64,000 bases of DNA from Spirochaetia bacterium (GTDB lineage Bacteria; Spirochaetota; Spirochaetia; UBA9216). Where the stretch lies: NCBI GenBank assembly GCA_965140585.1, contig OZ223269.1, positions 992,001 to 1,056,000 on the forward strand, in the 5' to 3' direction. Position 1 is the first letter of the stretch. The number at the start of each line of letters is the position of its first letter. Below are positions 1 to 10,959 of this stretch, piece by piece. The position numbers and the translations under genes are program-made. The notes beneath the pieces were generated by a model. It searched no databases and had not been told where the DNA came from. It saw nothing but the letters and a program-made list of their open reading frames with translations.

Positions 1-133
1 ATCCTTTTTCTGTTTATTCTTGAAAATGAATCGATATCATTATATAATAAAATACTAAATAAGGGTAAAAAATATAATTTATCGTTATAAGACGTATAAA
101 AAAAGTCTTGTCTCGATTTAAAAAATCCTTAAA

Positions 134-147
134 ATGAATCGATTCAT
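134..147. promoter_or_regulatory. LacI-family-type operator palindrome ATGAATCGATTCAT (imperfect second copy at 26-40)
   Basis: Perfect 14-bp palindrome with central CG, 28 bp upstream of a sugar catabolic operon; related ATGAATCGATATCAT at 26-40. Confidence 0.7.
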
Positions 148-175
148 ATTTGTATTATTTTAACTGGAGGATAAC

Positions 176-1180
176 TTGCCTGTAATTACAGAAAGAAAAG
201 AAGTTTTAAATATTTATGCAGAAGCAGAAAAGAAGGGATGGGTAATACCATGTCTGTGTACCGAGAATCTTACGACAACTGAAGCAATTCTTCAGGCCGC
301 TCTTGAGTTCGGAGAAGAAAAATCGATATCTGATATCCCGGTAATAGTAGCAATCACAAATCAATATGATCATCGCACACAGTCAGCTTATTATACCCAT
401 ACAAGACGTTGGGATATCGGCTTAAAATTATTTATGGCTGATCTGAATGTACTTATGTCATCCGGTTCTCCCTATGAAAACTTGAGAGTAATGGTTCATC
501 TTGATCATACTCAGTTTGATGATGATTCAGAACTGCTGTCGTGGGACATGAAACAATTTTCCTCTATCATGTTTGATGCATCTAAAGTTCCGCTTGCTCA
601 GAATATTGCTCTTACTAAAAAGTTCGTGGAAGAGCAGGGCGGCAACATAGTTATTGAAGGGGCTTGTGATGAAATAGTAGATGCTACCGGACAGGATAAG
701 AGTGAACTCACCACAGCAGAAAGAGCAGAGGAATTTTTCCGTGAAACCGGAGTGGATCTCATTGTTGCAAACCTTGGAACAGAACACAGAGCCAGTGGCG
801 CCGACTTGAAATATTACGGTGATTATGCAAGAAAAATTAAAGAAAAGATCGGAACCAGGATCGTTCTTCACGGTGCATCCTCGGTACACGGGGAGCAGAT
901 AGCTCATCTTTTTGAAGATGGAGTGTGTAAAGTTAATATATGGACCGCCCTTGAAAGAGATTCATCTCCCGCTCTAGTAAAATTGATGGTTCAAAATGCA
1001 TCAAAAGCAGGCGGTACAGACATTGTTGATAAACTTATCAACGACGGCTATTTGACTGAAAAATGCCGAACCGGTGAAAAAGCCTCAATTGCATTCTTTA
1101 CGACTGAAGCAAGACAGAAAACTGTATTTGAAGAAATGAAAAAAATTGTCAGAGGCTATCTTGACCTCTGGTATGTATAA
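176..1180 (+). CDS. Class II fructose/tagatose-bisphosphate aldolase-family protein
   Basis: HLDH, SSIMFDAS, GTEH, LHGASS, KVNIWT motifs; TTG start with GGAGG RBS. Confidence 0.8.
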   Translation: MPVITERKEVLNIYAEAEKKGWVIPCLCTENLTTTEAILQAALEFGEEKSISDIPVIVAITNQYDHRTQSAYYTHTRRWDIGLKLFMADLNVLMSSGSPYENLRVMVHLDHTQFDDDSELLSWDMKQFSSIMFDASKVPLAQNIALTKKFVEEQGGNIVIEGACDEIVDATGQDKSELTTAERAEEFFRETGVDLIVANLGTEHRASGADLKYYGDYARKIKEKIGTRIVLHGASSVHGEQIAHLFEDGVCKVNIWTALERDSSPALVKLMVQNASKAGGTDIVDKLINDGYLTEKCRTGEKASIAFFTTEARQKTVFEEMKKIVRGYLDLWYV

Positions 1181-1194
1181 GGCAGGAGTTAATT

Positions 1195-2679
1195 ATGTCT
1201 CTTCTAGGACTCGATATAGGAACATCCGGATGCAAAGCTACTATAGTAAATTATAAAGGAGCCGTAATAGGACAGGCGCATCGGGAATATCATCTGATAA
1301 ATCCCGGTCCCGGCCTCGAAGAACTTGATCCTGAGATTGTATGGAGATCAGTTAAAGCTGTAATTTCTGAATCAATTTTAAACTACTGTTCAGATCCTGT
1401 AGTTGCGGTAAGCGTATCATCTTTCGGAGAAGCCGCTATTCCAGTAGGAAATGACGGCAGAGTCCTTCACAATGCAATAATATACATTGATAAAAGGGGA
1501 CAGGAAGAAGCTGCATTTCTTAGTTCTGCGCTTGGTGATGAAAAAATACAGGCGATAACCGGAGTACCTGCACATTCCATGTTTTCAATAAGTAAAATAA
1601 TGTGGATTAAAAAGAACCTTCCCGAAGTTTTTAAAAAAACATGGAAGTTTATGGCCTTTGCCGATTTTATTCTATTCCGGCTGGGAGCAGATCCTCATAT
1701 GGATTATTCACTTGCCGGACGAACCCAGGCTTTTGATATAATAAACAAAGAATGGTCTTCTGATATTCTAAACTGCGCAGATGTAAAAACAGAAATTTTC
1801 GGAACTCCGGTTCAGAGCGGAACAGTAGTTGGTACCATCTCAAAAACAATTGCCTCGGAACTAAACCTGCCTGATAATATCATCCTTGTTGCAGGAGGAC
1901 ATGACCAGCCGTGTGCAGCACTTGGAGCAGGCGTTATTCGAAGTGATCTTGCAGTAGACGGACTGGGTTCAACAGAATGTATTACACCGGCTTTCAACCG
2001 TCCGGTAATTTCTTCCAAAACAGCAGAAAGCAGTTTCGCCTGCGTTCCTCATGTTGTTAAAGACATGTATGTAACCTATGCATTTACCTTCACCAGCGGA
2101 AGTGTTCTTAAATGGTATCGTGATTCATTCGGTAAACTTCACAATAATTCGGTAAATCAAAGCTATGGTGATCTTATTGAGGCTGCGGCTAAAACTCCAT
2201 CAGATATTTTTATTCTTCCTCATTTTGCCGGTGCAGCAACTCCTTATATGGATACCGACTCCCGTGGGGCGATTGTAGGTCTTACGATCAATACAAAACC
2301 GGAGGAGATTTTAAGGGCAATCCTTGAAGGTATCACGTATGAAATCATGGTGAATGTAGAAAGGCTGGATGAAGCGGGTATACATGTAAACGAACTGCGT
2401 GCAGTCGGAGGTCTTTCAAAATCAGATACATTCCTTCAGATTAAGGCGGATATTATGGGGAGGGAGGTTTCTACGCTTGAGATCTCAGAAGCTGGGACTC
2501 TTGGTGTTGCGATTCTCGCCGGTACTGCTGCCGGAATCTACAGCAGTATTAAAGAAGCAGTAAACCAGCTTGTCAAAAAGAAAAAAGTATTTTATCCGAA
2601 TGAATCAATGAACAGTATTTATAAAGATAAATTTCAGACTTACAAAAAAATATATCCATCGGTGAGACCGATTTTCTAA
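1195..2679 (+). CDS. FGGY-family carbohydrate kinase (xylulokinase-like)
   Basis: LGLDIGTSGCK, GGHDQPCAALGAG, RAILEG, VGGLSKS motifs. Confidence 0.9.
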   Translation: MSLLGLDIGTSGCKATIVNYKGAVIGQAHREYHLINPGPGLEELDPEIVWRSVKAVISESILNYCSDPVVAVSVSSFGEAAIPVGNDGRVLHNAIIYIDKRGQEEAAFLSSALGDEKIQAITGVPAHSMFSISKIMWIKKNLPEVFKKTWKFMAFADFILFRLGADPHMDYSLAGRTQAFDIINKEWSSDILNCADVKTEIFGTPVQSGTVVGTISKTIASELNLPDNIILVAGGHDQPCAALGAGVIRSDLAVDGLGSTECITPAFNRPVISSKTAESSFACVPHVVKDMYVTYAFTFTSGSVLKWYRDSFGKLHNNSVNQSYGDLIEAAAKTPSDIFILPHFAGAATPYMDTDSRGAIVGLTINTKPEEILRAILEGITYEIMVNVERLDEAGIHVNELRAVGGLSKSDTFLQIKADIMGREVSTLEISEAGTLGVAILAGTAAGIYSSIKEAVNQLVKKKKVFYPNESMNSIYKDKFQTYKKIYPSVRPIF

Positions 2680-2689
2680 GGGATTTATC

Positions 2690-3868
2690 ATGAAAAAAGC
2701 AGTAATGTATGGAGCCGGCAACATTGGTCGTGGTTTTATCGGACAGTTATTTTATGAATCAGGTTATGAAACTGTTTTCATCGATGTAAATTCAGATGTT
2801 GTACAAAAAATTAATTCTGATAAAAGCTATCCGGTAAAATTCGTCTCAGACAGAGGAAGTCATGAACAGACAGTAAAAAATATCAGTGCAGTTGACGGCC
2901 GCAATGAGCAGGCAGTAGTCGATGTAATTGCCCAGGCCGATATAATGGCTACAGCTGTTGGTGTTAATATTTTACCATATATCGCAAAACCGCTTGCTCT
3001 TGGATTAAAAAAACGCTGGAGCAGCGGAATTCAAGGGCCGCTTAATATAATAATCTGTGAAAATCTTATTAATGCAGATATTTATCTTAAAAAACTTATC
3101 TCCGAGCAGCTTGATGATGCTTATATAAAAAAACTTGATGAAAATATTGGTTTTGTAGAAGCATCAATAGGACGGATGGTTCCTGTAATGACCCCGGACA
3201 TGCAGGGAGATAATATACTTCGGATTTGTGTTGAAGAATATTCTCAGCTTCCTGTTGATAAAGATGGATTTAAAGGAAGTATTCCTGAAATTAAAAATCT
3301 GAATCCCTTCAGCCCTTTCAGTTTTTATATTCAGAGAAAGCTTTTCATTCACAATATGGGTCATGCAGCATCAGCCTATCTTGGAGCATTAAAAAGCTAT
3401 ACCTATATTTGGCAGGCAGTTGAAGATGAACAGATTATAAAAACTGTAAAGGAAGCCATGACATCATCTGCGAAAGCTCTTTCAAAAGAACATAATGTAG
3501 AACTAAAAGAATTACTTGAGCATGTTGATGATCTTCTGTCCCGTTTCGGCAACAGGCAGCTTGGTGATACTGTTGCAAGAGTAGGCCGCGATTTAACCCG
3601 CAAACTTTTGCCGGAGGATCGACTCACAGGCGCACTTAACTTATGTATCAAACATAAATTAAACACAGATGCAATCTGCACGGCAATTGCGGCAGCTCTA
3701 TGCTTTGAAGATCCTGCAGAAAGCAGGGCTGCCGGAATATTAAAATCCGACGGCCCTGAAAAAGTTCTTAAAGATATCTGTCAGATTAAACCCGGAACTG
3801 ATTCATGGAAGACTATAACTCAAAAGTATAAAGAACTTAGCCTACCTTCATCACCTTTCGTGCAATAG
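2690..3868 (+). CDS. mtlD: Mannitol-1-phosphate 5-dehydrogenase family protein
   Basis: GAGNIGRGFIG, TAVG, IICEN, RKLFIHNMGHA, DTVARVGRD motifs; actual substrate may differ. Confidence 0.8.
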   Translation: MKKAVMYGAGNIGRGFIGQLFYESGYETVFIDVNSDVVQKINSDKSYPVKFVSDRGSHEQTVKNISAVDGRNEQAVVDVIAQADIMATAVGVNILPYIAKPLALGLKKRWSSGIQGPLNIIICENLINADIYLKKLISEQLDDAYIKKLDENIGFVEASIGRMVPVMTPDMQGDNILRICVEEYSQLPVDKDGFKGSIPEIKNLNPFSPFSFYIQRKLFIHNMGHAASAYLGALKSYTYIWQAVEDEQIIKTVKEAMTSSAKALSKEHNVELKELLEHVDDLLSRFGNRQLGDTVARVGRDLTRKLLPEDRLTGALNLCIKHKLNTDAICTAIAAALCFEDPAESRAAGILKSDGPEKVLKDICQIKPGTDSWKTITQKYKELSLPSSPFVQ

Positions 3869-5027
3869 CCACAACCGGTTTAAAGAAGGAACCTTCAAGT
3901 TCCTTCTTAACGTTCTTAAGTTCTTTTCGAATCTCAATATGCTGAGGACAATGCTTTTCACATTTGCCGCAGTCAATACACAAAGAAGCAAATGCCGGTT
4001 TCTTTGCTCCTCCGCCGAGATTCATCATATAATTGAACCTGATGCCGCGTGCTCCCAGCAGATACTTATCGTTATAGGCTGTAAAACACTGAGGTATATT
4101 AACGCCTGCGGGGCAGGGCATACAATACGCACAGCCGGTACAGGGAACTTTGGTTTTTTCAAGGATAATCTTTTTTACCCTGTCATAAATCTTCATTTCC
4201 TCGGATGTTAGAGAGCCTGACTCAGCAGTTGATGCAGTCGCAATATTTTCATCAAGCTGGCTGAACTCATTCATTCCTGAAAGAATGAGAGTTACTTCAG
4301 GATGATTCCATATCCAGCGAAGCGACCATTCTGCCGGACTTCTATCAATTTTATAATCCCCGAATTCCTTAATGACCTCTTTTGGCAGATTATTAACAAG
4401 CTGACCTCCCCGAAGAGGTTCCATAATGATAACAGGCAGCCCCATAGAATGGGCCAGATCCAGACCGGATCTCGTTGCCTGGTTATTTTCATCAAGATAA
4501 TTATACTGAATCTGGCAGAGGTCCCATGGATATGCAGTCACAAGCTCTTCAAAATCCTTCTTGCTTCCATGGAAAGAAAAACCAAGATTCTTAATAATCC
4601 CTTGCTTTTTTAAGTCTTCAAGCCATGACATTACTCCGAGTTTTTCAAGCCTTTCAAAACCGGTACAGTCCGAAAGCATATGAATAAGGTAGTAATCAAT
4701 ATAATCTGTATTAAGTCTTGAAAGCTGTGTGTCAAAGATCTTTTTTGCCCGCTCCAGACTCCCTACAAGATAATGAGGCAGCTTATCTGCAATCATTATT
4801 CTTTCTCTGTAACCGCCCTCAAGCGCTTTTCCAAGCATGACCTCGCTTTTACCGCCATGATACGGATAAGCAGTGTCAAAGTAATTAATTCCCTTTTCAA
4901 TTGCAGTTCTAATAAGGGAGGTAGTTTTCTCTTCATCTATGCTGTTGCCCTTCATTGGAAACCGCATACAGCCGAAGCCGAGGATTGACAGTTCATCACC
5001 ATTTTTCTTGTTTAATCTGGTAAGCAT
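3837..5027 (-). CDS. Aldo/keto reductase with C-terminal 4Fe-4S dicluster domain
   Basis: LGFGCMRFP, YFDTAYPY, IMEPLRGG; CTGCAYCMPCP and CIDCGKCEKHCP. Confidence 0.9.
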   Translation of the reverse strand: MLTRLNKKNGDELSILGFGCMRFPMKGNSIDEEKTTSLIRTAIEKGINYFDTAYPYHGGKSEVMLGKALEGGYRERIMIADKLPHYLVGSLERAKKIFDTQLSRLNTDYIDYYLIHMLSDCTGFERLEKLGVMSWLEDLKKQGIIKNLGFSFHGSKKDFEELVTAYPWDLCQIQYNYLDENNQATRSGLDLAHSMGLPVIIMEPLRGGQLVNNLPKEVIKEFGDYKIDRSPAEWSLRWIWNHPEVTLILSGMNEFSQLDENIATASTAESGSLTSEEMKIYDRVKKIILEKTKVPCTGCAYCMPCPAGVNIPQCFTAYNDKYLLGARGIRFNYMMNLGGGAKKPAFASLCIDCGKCEKHCPQHIEIRKELKNVKKELEGSFFKPVVAIARKVMKVG

Positions 5028-5206
5028 TAAAGACTCCGTGTTATAGAATAAAAAAGTTTCACATACAATTTACTTAAAAATACTTTTAAGGCAACCTTTA
5101 ACTGCAATCTTAAACAAAAAGTTAAGATTTATGTAACCCGTTATTTATGGCTTTAACATGCCTTTACATATATTTTTACCCTGTAATTCAATCAGCGGAG
5201 AAAATA

Positions 5207-6610
5207 ATGAAGAGATTTTTTTTCATATTAATAATTTTAACGTCATTATGTGCAAATATTTCTGCAGAAAATGATGAGAATGCACTGATACTGAGTGTAG
5301 ATGATGCTGTGACACTTGGTCTGCAGAATAATTATAATCTTAAAGTAAAAACAATTGAAACTGTACAAAAAAACAGAGAGCGAAGAGATGCCTGGAATGT
5401 ATTGATTCCGGATATATCTGCTTCGGCAACACTAAACAGGAGCAATGTCGCAGCTAGCGGCAGTGGTATTGCAGTTCTTGGTTCTAATAATCCGCTTGAC
5501 AGCAGTTCATTTTCTACAGATGACGGACTTTATGATTATATATTTATGCAGAACTATGAATATGAAGCAGATCCATGGACTCTGGTAGGTAAGATTTCAA
5601 CCCAGCTGGCCCTCTCACCTGCTATGGTTAACGGCGTAAAACAGCTTGATCTAGACTATCGGAATTCAATGTTGGAATATAATTCCGCGGAATTATCAAC
5701 AAGGCAGTCTATAAAACGTAATTTCTATAATCTACTGCTTCTGCAGGAACAAATCAGTGTACTTGAAAAGAATATCGAAACAACAGAAAACAGGCTTGAG
5801 AGTATGCAGCTAATGTACATTTACGGTTATATAACAGAACTTGACCTCTTAAACACACGAGCAGGCTTATCTTCAATGGGGCCTAGTCTTGCAAAAATGG
5901 AAGATGCATATCAGCAGCTGCTGATGGCTTTTAAAATGGATCTTGGTCTGGATTTAAAAATGCCACTTGAACTTACCGGAACTGTAGAAGTTGTACCTGA
6001 GAACCTTGATGCAGACAAACTTATACAGACGTTTCTATCGGGAAGGATTGACCTGCAGCAGCTGTCAGTAAGCTATGAAATGCTTGAGAACTCAAAATCT
6101 GCAGTTTTTAATCAGTCCTATTTACCTGCGCTTGTTCTTGGCTACAGTTACAGTCCTTATATATCAGACCCCTTTGCATCAGAAAGCTGGGAAAATGAGG
6201 ATATGTACGGTGATAACGGCGCTTTTTCAGTAACGCTTTCAATACCAGTTGATGAGTGGCTTCCGCATTCAGCATCTGCAAATAAAATAAAAGCTTCTGA
6301 AGACGCTCTGAATCAGCTTGAATATCAGAAAGAACTGGCATATACGGCAGCCGAAATGGAAATACGCTCACTAGTGAGAACGCTTAATACCAGTAGAAAA
6401 AATATGGAAGTGCTGACTGAGTCAATCGAACTTAATCAAAAGAATTATGACATGAGCAGGGAAGCTTATGAAAAAGGAGAACTGCAGCTGCTCGAACTTG
6501 AATCAAGTGAAAATTCTCTTCTGCAGGCGGAACTTGATCTGCTTTCTGAAAAATACAGCTACATTTCCAATTTTTTAAGTCTTGAACAGGCTTTAAATAC
6601 TGAATTATAG
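5207..6610 (+). CDS. TolC-family outer membrane efflux protein
   Basis: Signal peptide from ATG 5207 (GGAG RBS; ORF track starts at 5147); two helical OEP repeats; precedes MFP and RND genes. Confidence 0.8.
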   Translation: MKRFFFILIILTSLCANISAENDENALILSVDDAVTLGLQNNYNLKVKTIETVQKNRERRDAWNVLIPDISASATLNRSNVAASGSGIAVLGSNNPLDSSSFSTDDGLYDYIFMQNYEYEADPWTLVGKISTQLALSPAMVNGVKQLDLDYRNSMLEYNSAELSTRQSIKRNFYNLLLLQEQISVLEKNIETTENRLESMQLMYIYGYITELDLLNTRAGLSSMGPSLAKMEDAYQQLLMAFKMDLGLDLKMPLELTGTVEVVPENLDADKLIQTFLSGRIDLQQLSVSYEMLENSKSAVFNQSYLPALVLGYSYSPYISDPFASESWENEDMYGDNGAFSVTLSIPVDEWLPHSASANKIKASEDALNQLEYQKELAYTAAEMEIRSLVRTLNTSRKNMEVLTESIELNQKNYDMSREAYEKGELQLLELESSENSLLQAELDLLSEKYSYISNFLSLEQALNTEL

Positions 6611-6627
6611 AAAGACGGGGAGTCAAT

Positions 6628-7545
6628 ATGAAACAATTTTTTGTAAAAACTGCAGCAGTATTAACGGCAGTAATTATTATTTCTGGCTGCGGTTCCGCAG
6701 CTGTCTCGCGGGAGGAAAGCCGCGATGCCGGAATGGAACAGGTCATTGATAAAAGAATCAATGTAAGAACCGCTGAAGCGCAAATCGGTTCAATCTCTAA
6801 CAGACTTATACTGAGCGGAGATGTTGAAGCTTCATCATCGGTAGATGTATACCCAGCGGTAGCCGGTAAAATTACTTCACTGCTTATTGAAGCAGGTGAT
6901 TATGTTAAAAAAGGGCAGGTCCTGGCAAAGGTTGATCAGGCAAGACCGGGAATGAATTATGCCGAAAGCCCGGTAGAAGCCCCGGTGAGCGGAACCGTTA
7001 CTGCTGTTAATGCAGATACAGGAGCGACTGTATCGCAGCAGATGGCCTTATTCAGTATCGGTAATATAGACAGTCTTAGAATTAAAACACAGGTTCCGGA
7101 ACGATTCATATACATGGTGGAGAAGGGACAGAAAGCAAATATTTCAACCACGGCGTCTCCGGGTGCACATTATCAGGCTCTTATTTCTTCAATAGCACCT
7201 GTTGTTAATCCTGCCAGCAGAACCCTAAGCATAGAACTTGAAATTACCGGCAGAATTCCCATAAAGGCGGGGATGTTCGTCGGTATTGAGCTGATAACAT
7301 CGACAAGGGAATCAGCAGTAATACTGCCGGAAAAAGCAGTTCTTACCAGAGACGAATACAGCTATGTCTATCGTGTTTCTGACAATACAGCAGAACGGGT
7401 AATAGTTGAAACAGGAATTAAAGATAATGAATTTGTTGAAATTATTTCCGGTATCGACGAAGGCGATATTGTTGTTACAGAAGGAGCTGCATTGCTTTCA
7501 GCCGGAAGCGGTGTAAAGATTATCAATAAGGATAGCAGCAAATGA
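6628..7545 (+). CDS. RND efflux periplasmic adaptor (MFP), lipoprotein
   Basis: Lipobox ISGC; GDYVKKGQVL and APVSGTV lipoyl halves with almost no hairpin between them; GDIVVTEG. Confidence 0.9.
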   Translation: MKQFFVKTAAVLTAVIIISGCGSAAVSREESRDAGMEQVIDKRINVRTAEAQIGSISNRLILSGDVEASSSVDVYPAVAGKITSLLIEAGDYVKKGQVLAKVDQARPGMNYAESPVEAPVSGTVTAVNADTGATVSQQMALFSIGNIDSLRIKTQVPERFIYMVEKGQKANISTTASPGAHYQALISSIAPVVNPASRTLSIELEITGRIPIKAGMFVGIELITSTRESAVILPEKAVLTRDEYSYVYRVSDNTAERVIVETGIKDNEFVEIISGIDEGDIVVTEGAALLSAGSGVKIINKDSSK

Positions 7546-10500
7546 CAATTTCAAGACGAATATTAAGCCGTCCGATGACCATGATAATTGTCTTTCTGGT
7601 AATTTCAGTTGCAGGAGCTACTCTTATCGGCAGACTTGCTGTGAATCTTTTACCGGAAATAGACATGCCGGCCCTGGCAGTAGTAACAACATATCCAATG
7701 GCTTCACCCTCAGAAATAGAAGAAAAAATTACCAGACCTATAGAAGCGCAACTGGCAAATGTATCGGGTCTTGACTCCATGACCTCTTATTCCTATGAAA
7801 ATTACAGCATGATAGTCATGATGCTTGATTTTGATACCGATATGACCGAAACCACCGCAGATATTCGTGATAAGCTTTCAATGGTTACAAACAGTCTGCC
7901 CGAAGATTCCAATACACCGTCAATTTTCCGTTTTGATCCTAACGCCCAGCCGGTAATAACCCTCGCCCTGACCGGAGACCAGAGACTTGAAGTTCTTCTG
8001 CAGATAGCCACAGATGAAGTTCAGCCTAGACTTGAGCGCATAAGCGGTGTTGCTGAAGCAGCAGTTTCAGGCGGCCTTGAGGAAATAGTACAGGTAGATT
8101 TCTACCAGGAAAGACTTGATTCACTGGGATTAAGTATTTCCCAGATTTCGGCTGCACTTGCAAGTCAGAATATGAAACTAGGTGCAGGAGAGATGCTTGA
8201 AGGCGGTAAAAATTATATTATACAGACATCCGGTGAAATTAATACTTTAAAAGAACTTGAAATGACAACAGTCGGAGTCAAGGCAACCGGCAGAAACTCC
8301 TATTATGAAATACTTTTACGGGATATTGCAGATGTTCATATGGGTACCGCAAATCAGACCAGTATAGTTCTTATTGACGGAAAGGAAGGCATACAGATAT
8401 CAGTCAGAAAAACTGATAATGCAAATATGATAGATGTGGTTAATGCAGTAAAAGCAGAAATTTCATCTATCGAAAACATACTTTCAGATGGTAACAGTAT
8501 AAAAGTTCTTCAGGATAATTCCATAATGGTCAATTCAGTTATTAATCAGGTGCTGAGCTCAGCGGCCGTTGGAATACTTTTTGCCGTTCTGGTCCTGATA
8601 CTTTTTCTCAGAAGAATAAAACCGACTATCATTATTGCAATCTCAATACCAGTAAGTCTTCTTATAACAATAGGAGCAATGAGTCTTGCCGGTAAAACCT
8701 TCAATATGATTTCGCTTACCGGACTTATACTTGCTTTAGGAATGATAGTAGACGGTTCAATAGTTGTTATTGAAAATATATTCAGATACAGACAGAAAGG
8801 CGCACTTCAGCAGTCATCCGCGGAACTCGGTACCCAGGAAGTTATCGGGGCAATAACCGGGTCAATTCTAACATCAATTTGTGTTTTTCTTCCTCTGCTT
8901 ATTTTTAAAAGTGATCTGGGTGTAGTAGGCATCATGTTCGATGATATGGCTTTTACAATAGTCGTCGCCCTGCTTTCATCTCTTGCTGTTTCAATCCTCC
9001 TTGTTCCGGTACTTGCTTCAAAAGTTTTTCCTATCTATACAAGGGAGGAAAAGCCTGTTAAAAACCGTGCTTTAAAATATATGGATGACAGCATGGAAAC
9101 GGGTATGAATAAATTTACCGAAGCTTATAGAAAAGCAGTGGGATGGTGTTTAAATCATAAAGCAGTAATTATTCTGCTTTCAGTTGCACTCCTTGCTGCA
9201 TCGATTATTCAAATCCCTAAACTCGGTCTTATAATGATGCCTGACTCAGGAGAAACTTCGATTATTATGAATGTGAATATGCCGGAAGGTACAGCACTCG
9301 AACAGACCGAAGCGGTAATGATGCAGTGGCAGGAAATTGCGCTGGAAAATATTCCTGAACGTGAACGTAGAAGCATCGTCATTTCTTCAGGTTCAAGCGG
9401 AGGACTCAATTCAAGCGGAGGCACACATACCGGTACTATTGAAATTGCACTGCCGGATCCCGCAGAACGCAGCATGTCAGATGAGGATATAAGAGAAATA
9501 TTCAGGAGCAGATTCGATATGTTTCCTGATGCTGTTATCCAGTTCTCAACAACAGATCAGGCTAGAATGATGACAGGCAGCGATGTATCAATAAATATAA
9601 AAGGTAATAAACTCGATGATCTGGTCTACGTAAGTGAAGAACTGATGCAGCTGGTTAAGGAAGAGATTCCAGAAATTAAAGAGTTCACAAGCAGTCACTC
9701 AAATGCACTGCCGGAAATACAGCTTGAACTTGACCGCTCCAAACTCTTTGATCTGGGACTTAATTCTCAGACTGTGGCATACGAAATACGTTCGCAGATA
9801 GCCGGTGTAACCGCTACAAGTATTACTCTGGATGGAGAAACCTATGATGTAGTTCTACAGCTCAGAGAAGAAGATCGTGATTCGGAATTTGATATTAACC
9901 GTATATTTGTATCAAACAGTTTCGGCCAGAAAATACCATTTTCAAGTTTTGGAGATGTGGTGAAAACCGTAGGTCCTGTATCGATTTACAGGGAGGACCG
10001 TTCAAAAACAATTACACTCTCAGGCAGCCTTCAGCCGGGAGCCAAGGCAAACTTCGTTCAGAATGAGATAGAAACATTAGCCGAAGAAGCTATAGTTCTG
10101 CCTGAAGGCGTATCATTCACTACCGGCGGTCAGATGGAGATGCTTACCGACGCCATGGATGGAATGCAGCTGGTGCTTATTTTTGCAGCGCTTCTTGTCT
10201 TCGCTGTTATGGTAAGCCAGTTTGAATCACTAAAACTCCCGCTCATCATTGTAATTATGATACCGATGCTGCTTATCGGCGTCGTAGCAATATACACCAT
10301 CACCGGTGAACCGCTGAGTATGCCGTCTCTGATTGGAATTGTAATGCTGCTTGGTATCGTCGTAAATAATGGAATCATTCTTGTTGATGCTATCAACCTT
10401 CAGCGCAAGAGAGGACTTACCGTTTTTGATGCGTGCAGGGATGCAGCAGCCAACAGACTCCGCCCGGTTCTGATGACCACCATGACAACAGTTTTTGCAA

Positions 10501-10667
10501 TGATTCCTATGGCATTCTCCGGTGCCAACGGAACTGAAATGGTAAAACCAATTGGTGTAACAGTAATTGGCGGTCTGACATCAAATACTATAATTACCCT
10601 GTTTCTCGTACCGGTACTTTATCTGCTGATGCACCGAAAGCAGCACAAAAAGGAGATAGAATGTTAA
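7542..10667 (+). CDS. AcrB/AcrD/AcrF-family RND permease
   Basis: 1041 aa, 12-TM pattern, GMIVDGSIVVIEN, RLRPVLMTT. Confidence 0.95.
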   Translation: MTISRRILSRPMTMIIVFLVISVAGATLIGRLAVNLLPEIDMPALAVVTTYPMASPSEIEEKITRPIEAQLANVSGLDSMTSYSYENYSMIVMMLDFDTDMTETTADIRDKLSMVTNSLPEDSNTPSIFRFDPNAQPVITLALTGDQRLEVLLQIATDEVQPRLERISGVAEAAVSGGLEEIVQVDFYQERLDSLGLSISQISAALASQNMKLGAGEMLEGGKNYIIQTSGEINTLKELEMTTVGVKATGRNSYYEILLRDIADVHMGTANQTSIVLIDGKEGIQISVRKTDNANMIDVVNAVKAEISSIENILSDGNSIKVLQDNSIMVNSVINQVLSSAAVGILFAVLVLILFLRRIKPTIIIAISIPVSLLITIGAMSLAGKTFNMISLTGLILALGMIVDGSIVVIENIFRYRQKGALQQSSAELGTQEVIGAITGSILTSICVFLPLLIFKSDLGVVGIMFDDMAFTIVVALLSSLAVSILLVPVLASKVFPIYTREEKPVKNRALKYMDDSMETGMNKFTEAYRKAVGWCLNHKAVIILLSVALLAASIIQIPKLGLIMMPDSGETSIIMNVNMPEGTALEQTEAVMMQWQEIALENIPERERRSIVISSGSSGGLNSSGGTHTGTIEIALPDPAERSMSDEDIREIFRSRFDMFPDAVIQFSTTDQARMMTGSDVSINIKGNKLDDLVYVSEELMQLVKEEIPEIKEFTSSHSNALPEIQLELDRSKLFDLGLNSQTVAYEIRSQIAGVTATSITLDGETYDVVLQLREEDRDSEFDINRIFVSNSFGQKIPFSSFGDVVKTVGPVSIYREDRSKTITLSGSLQPGAKANFVQNEIETLAEEAIVLPEGVSFTTGGQMEMLTDAMDGMQLVLIFAALLVFAVMVSQFESLKLPLIIVIMIPMLLIGVVAIYTITGEPLSMPSLIGIVMLLGIVVNNGIILVDAINLQRKRGLTVFDACRDAAANRLRPVLMTTMTTVFAMIPMAFSGANGTEMVKPIGVTVIGGLTSNTIITLFLVPVLYLLMHRKQHKKEIEC

Positions 10668-10951
10668 AGCTCGAAATTATCGCAAACCAGGCACTTGAAG
10701 CTCCGCTTATTGAAATCATGCCTGAAAAAAACAGTAAACCCTGTTATACAATGCTTAAGCAGGTTGACGGTGCCGGTTATTCCGGCATCTGTCTGGGAAA
10801 CGATGTATGGCCTGAAGAAAATGTTATGTTTATTCTGTTTATAGATGAGCCCGAACTTGCTATAATTAAACAAAGTATTGACAGAATCCGTAAGAGATTC
10901 CCGCTTCTGGGATTATCCGTATTCTGTCATGAAGGTATAAAGGAATTGTAA
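10661..10951 (+). CDS. Small P-II-like transporter-associated protein (PG0541 family-like)
   Basis: 96 aa, overlaps RND stop; G-x-G...G...VWPEEN motif. Confidence 0.65.
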   Translation: MLKLEIIANQALEAPLIEIMPEKNSKPCYTMLKQVDGAGYSGICLGNDVWPEENVMFILFIDEPELAIIKQSIDRIRKRFPLLGLSVFCHEGIKEL

Positions 10952-10959
10952 AATAGCGT

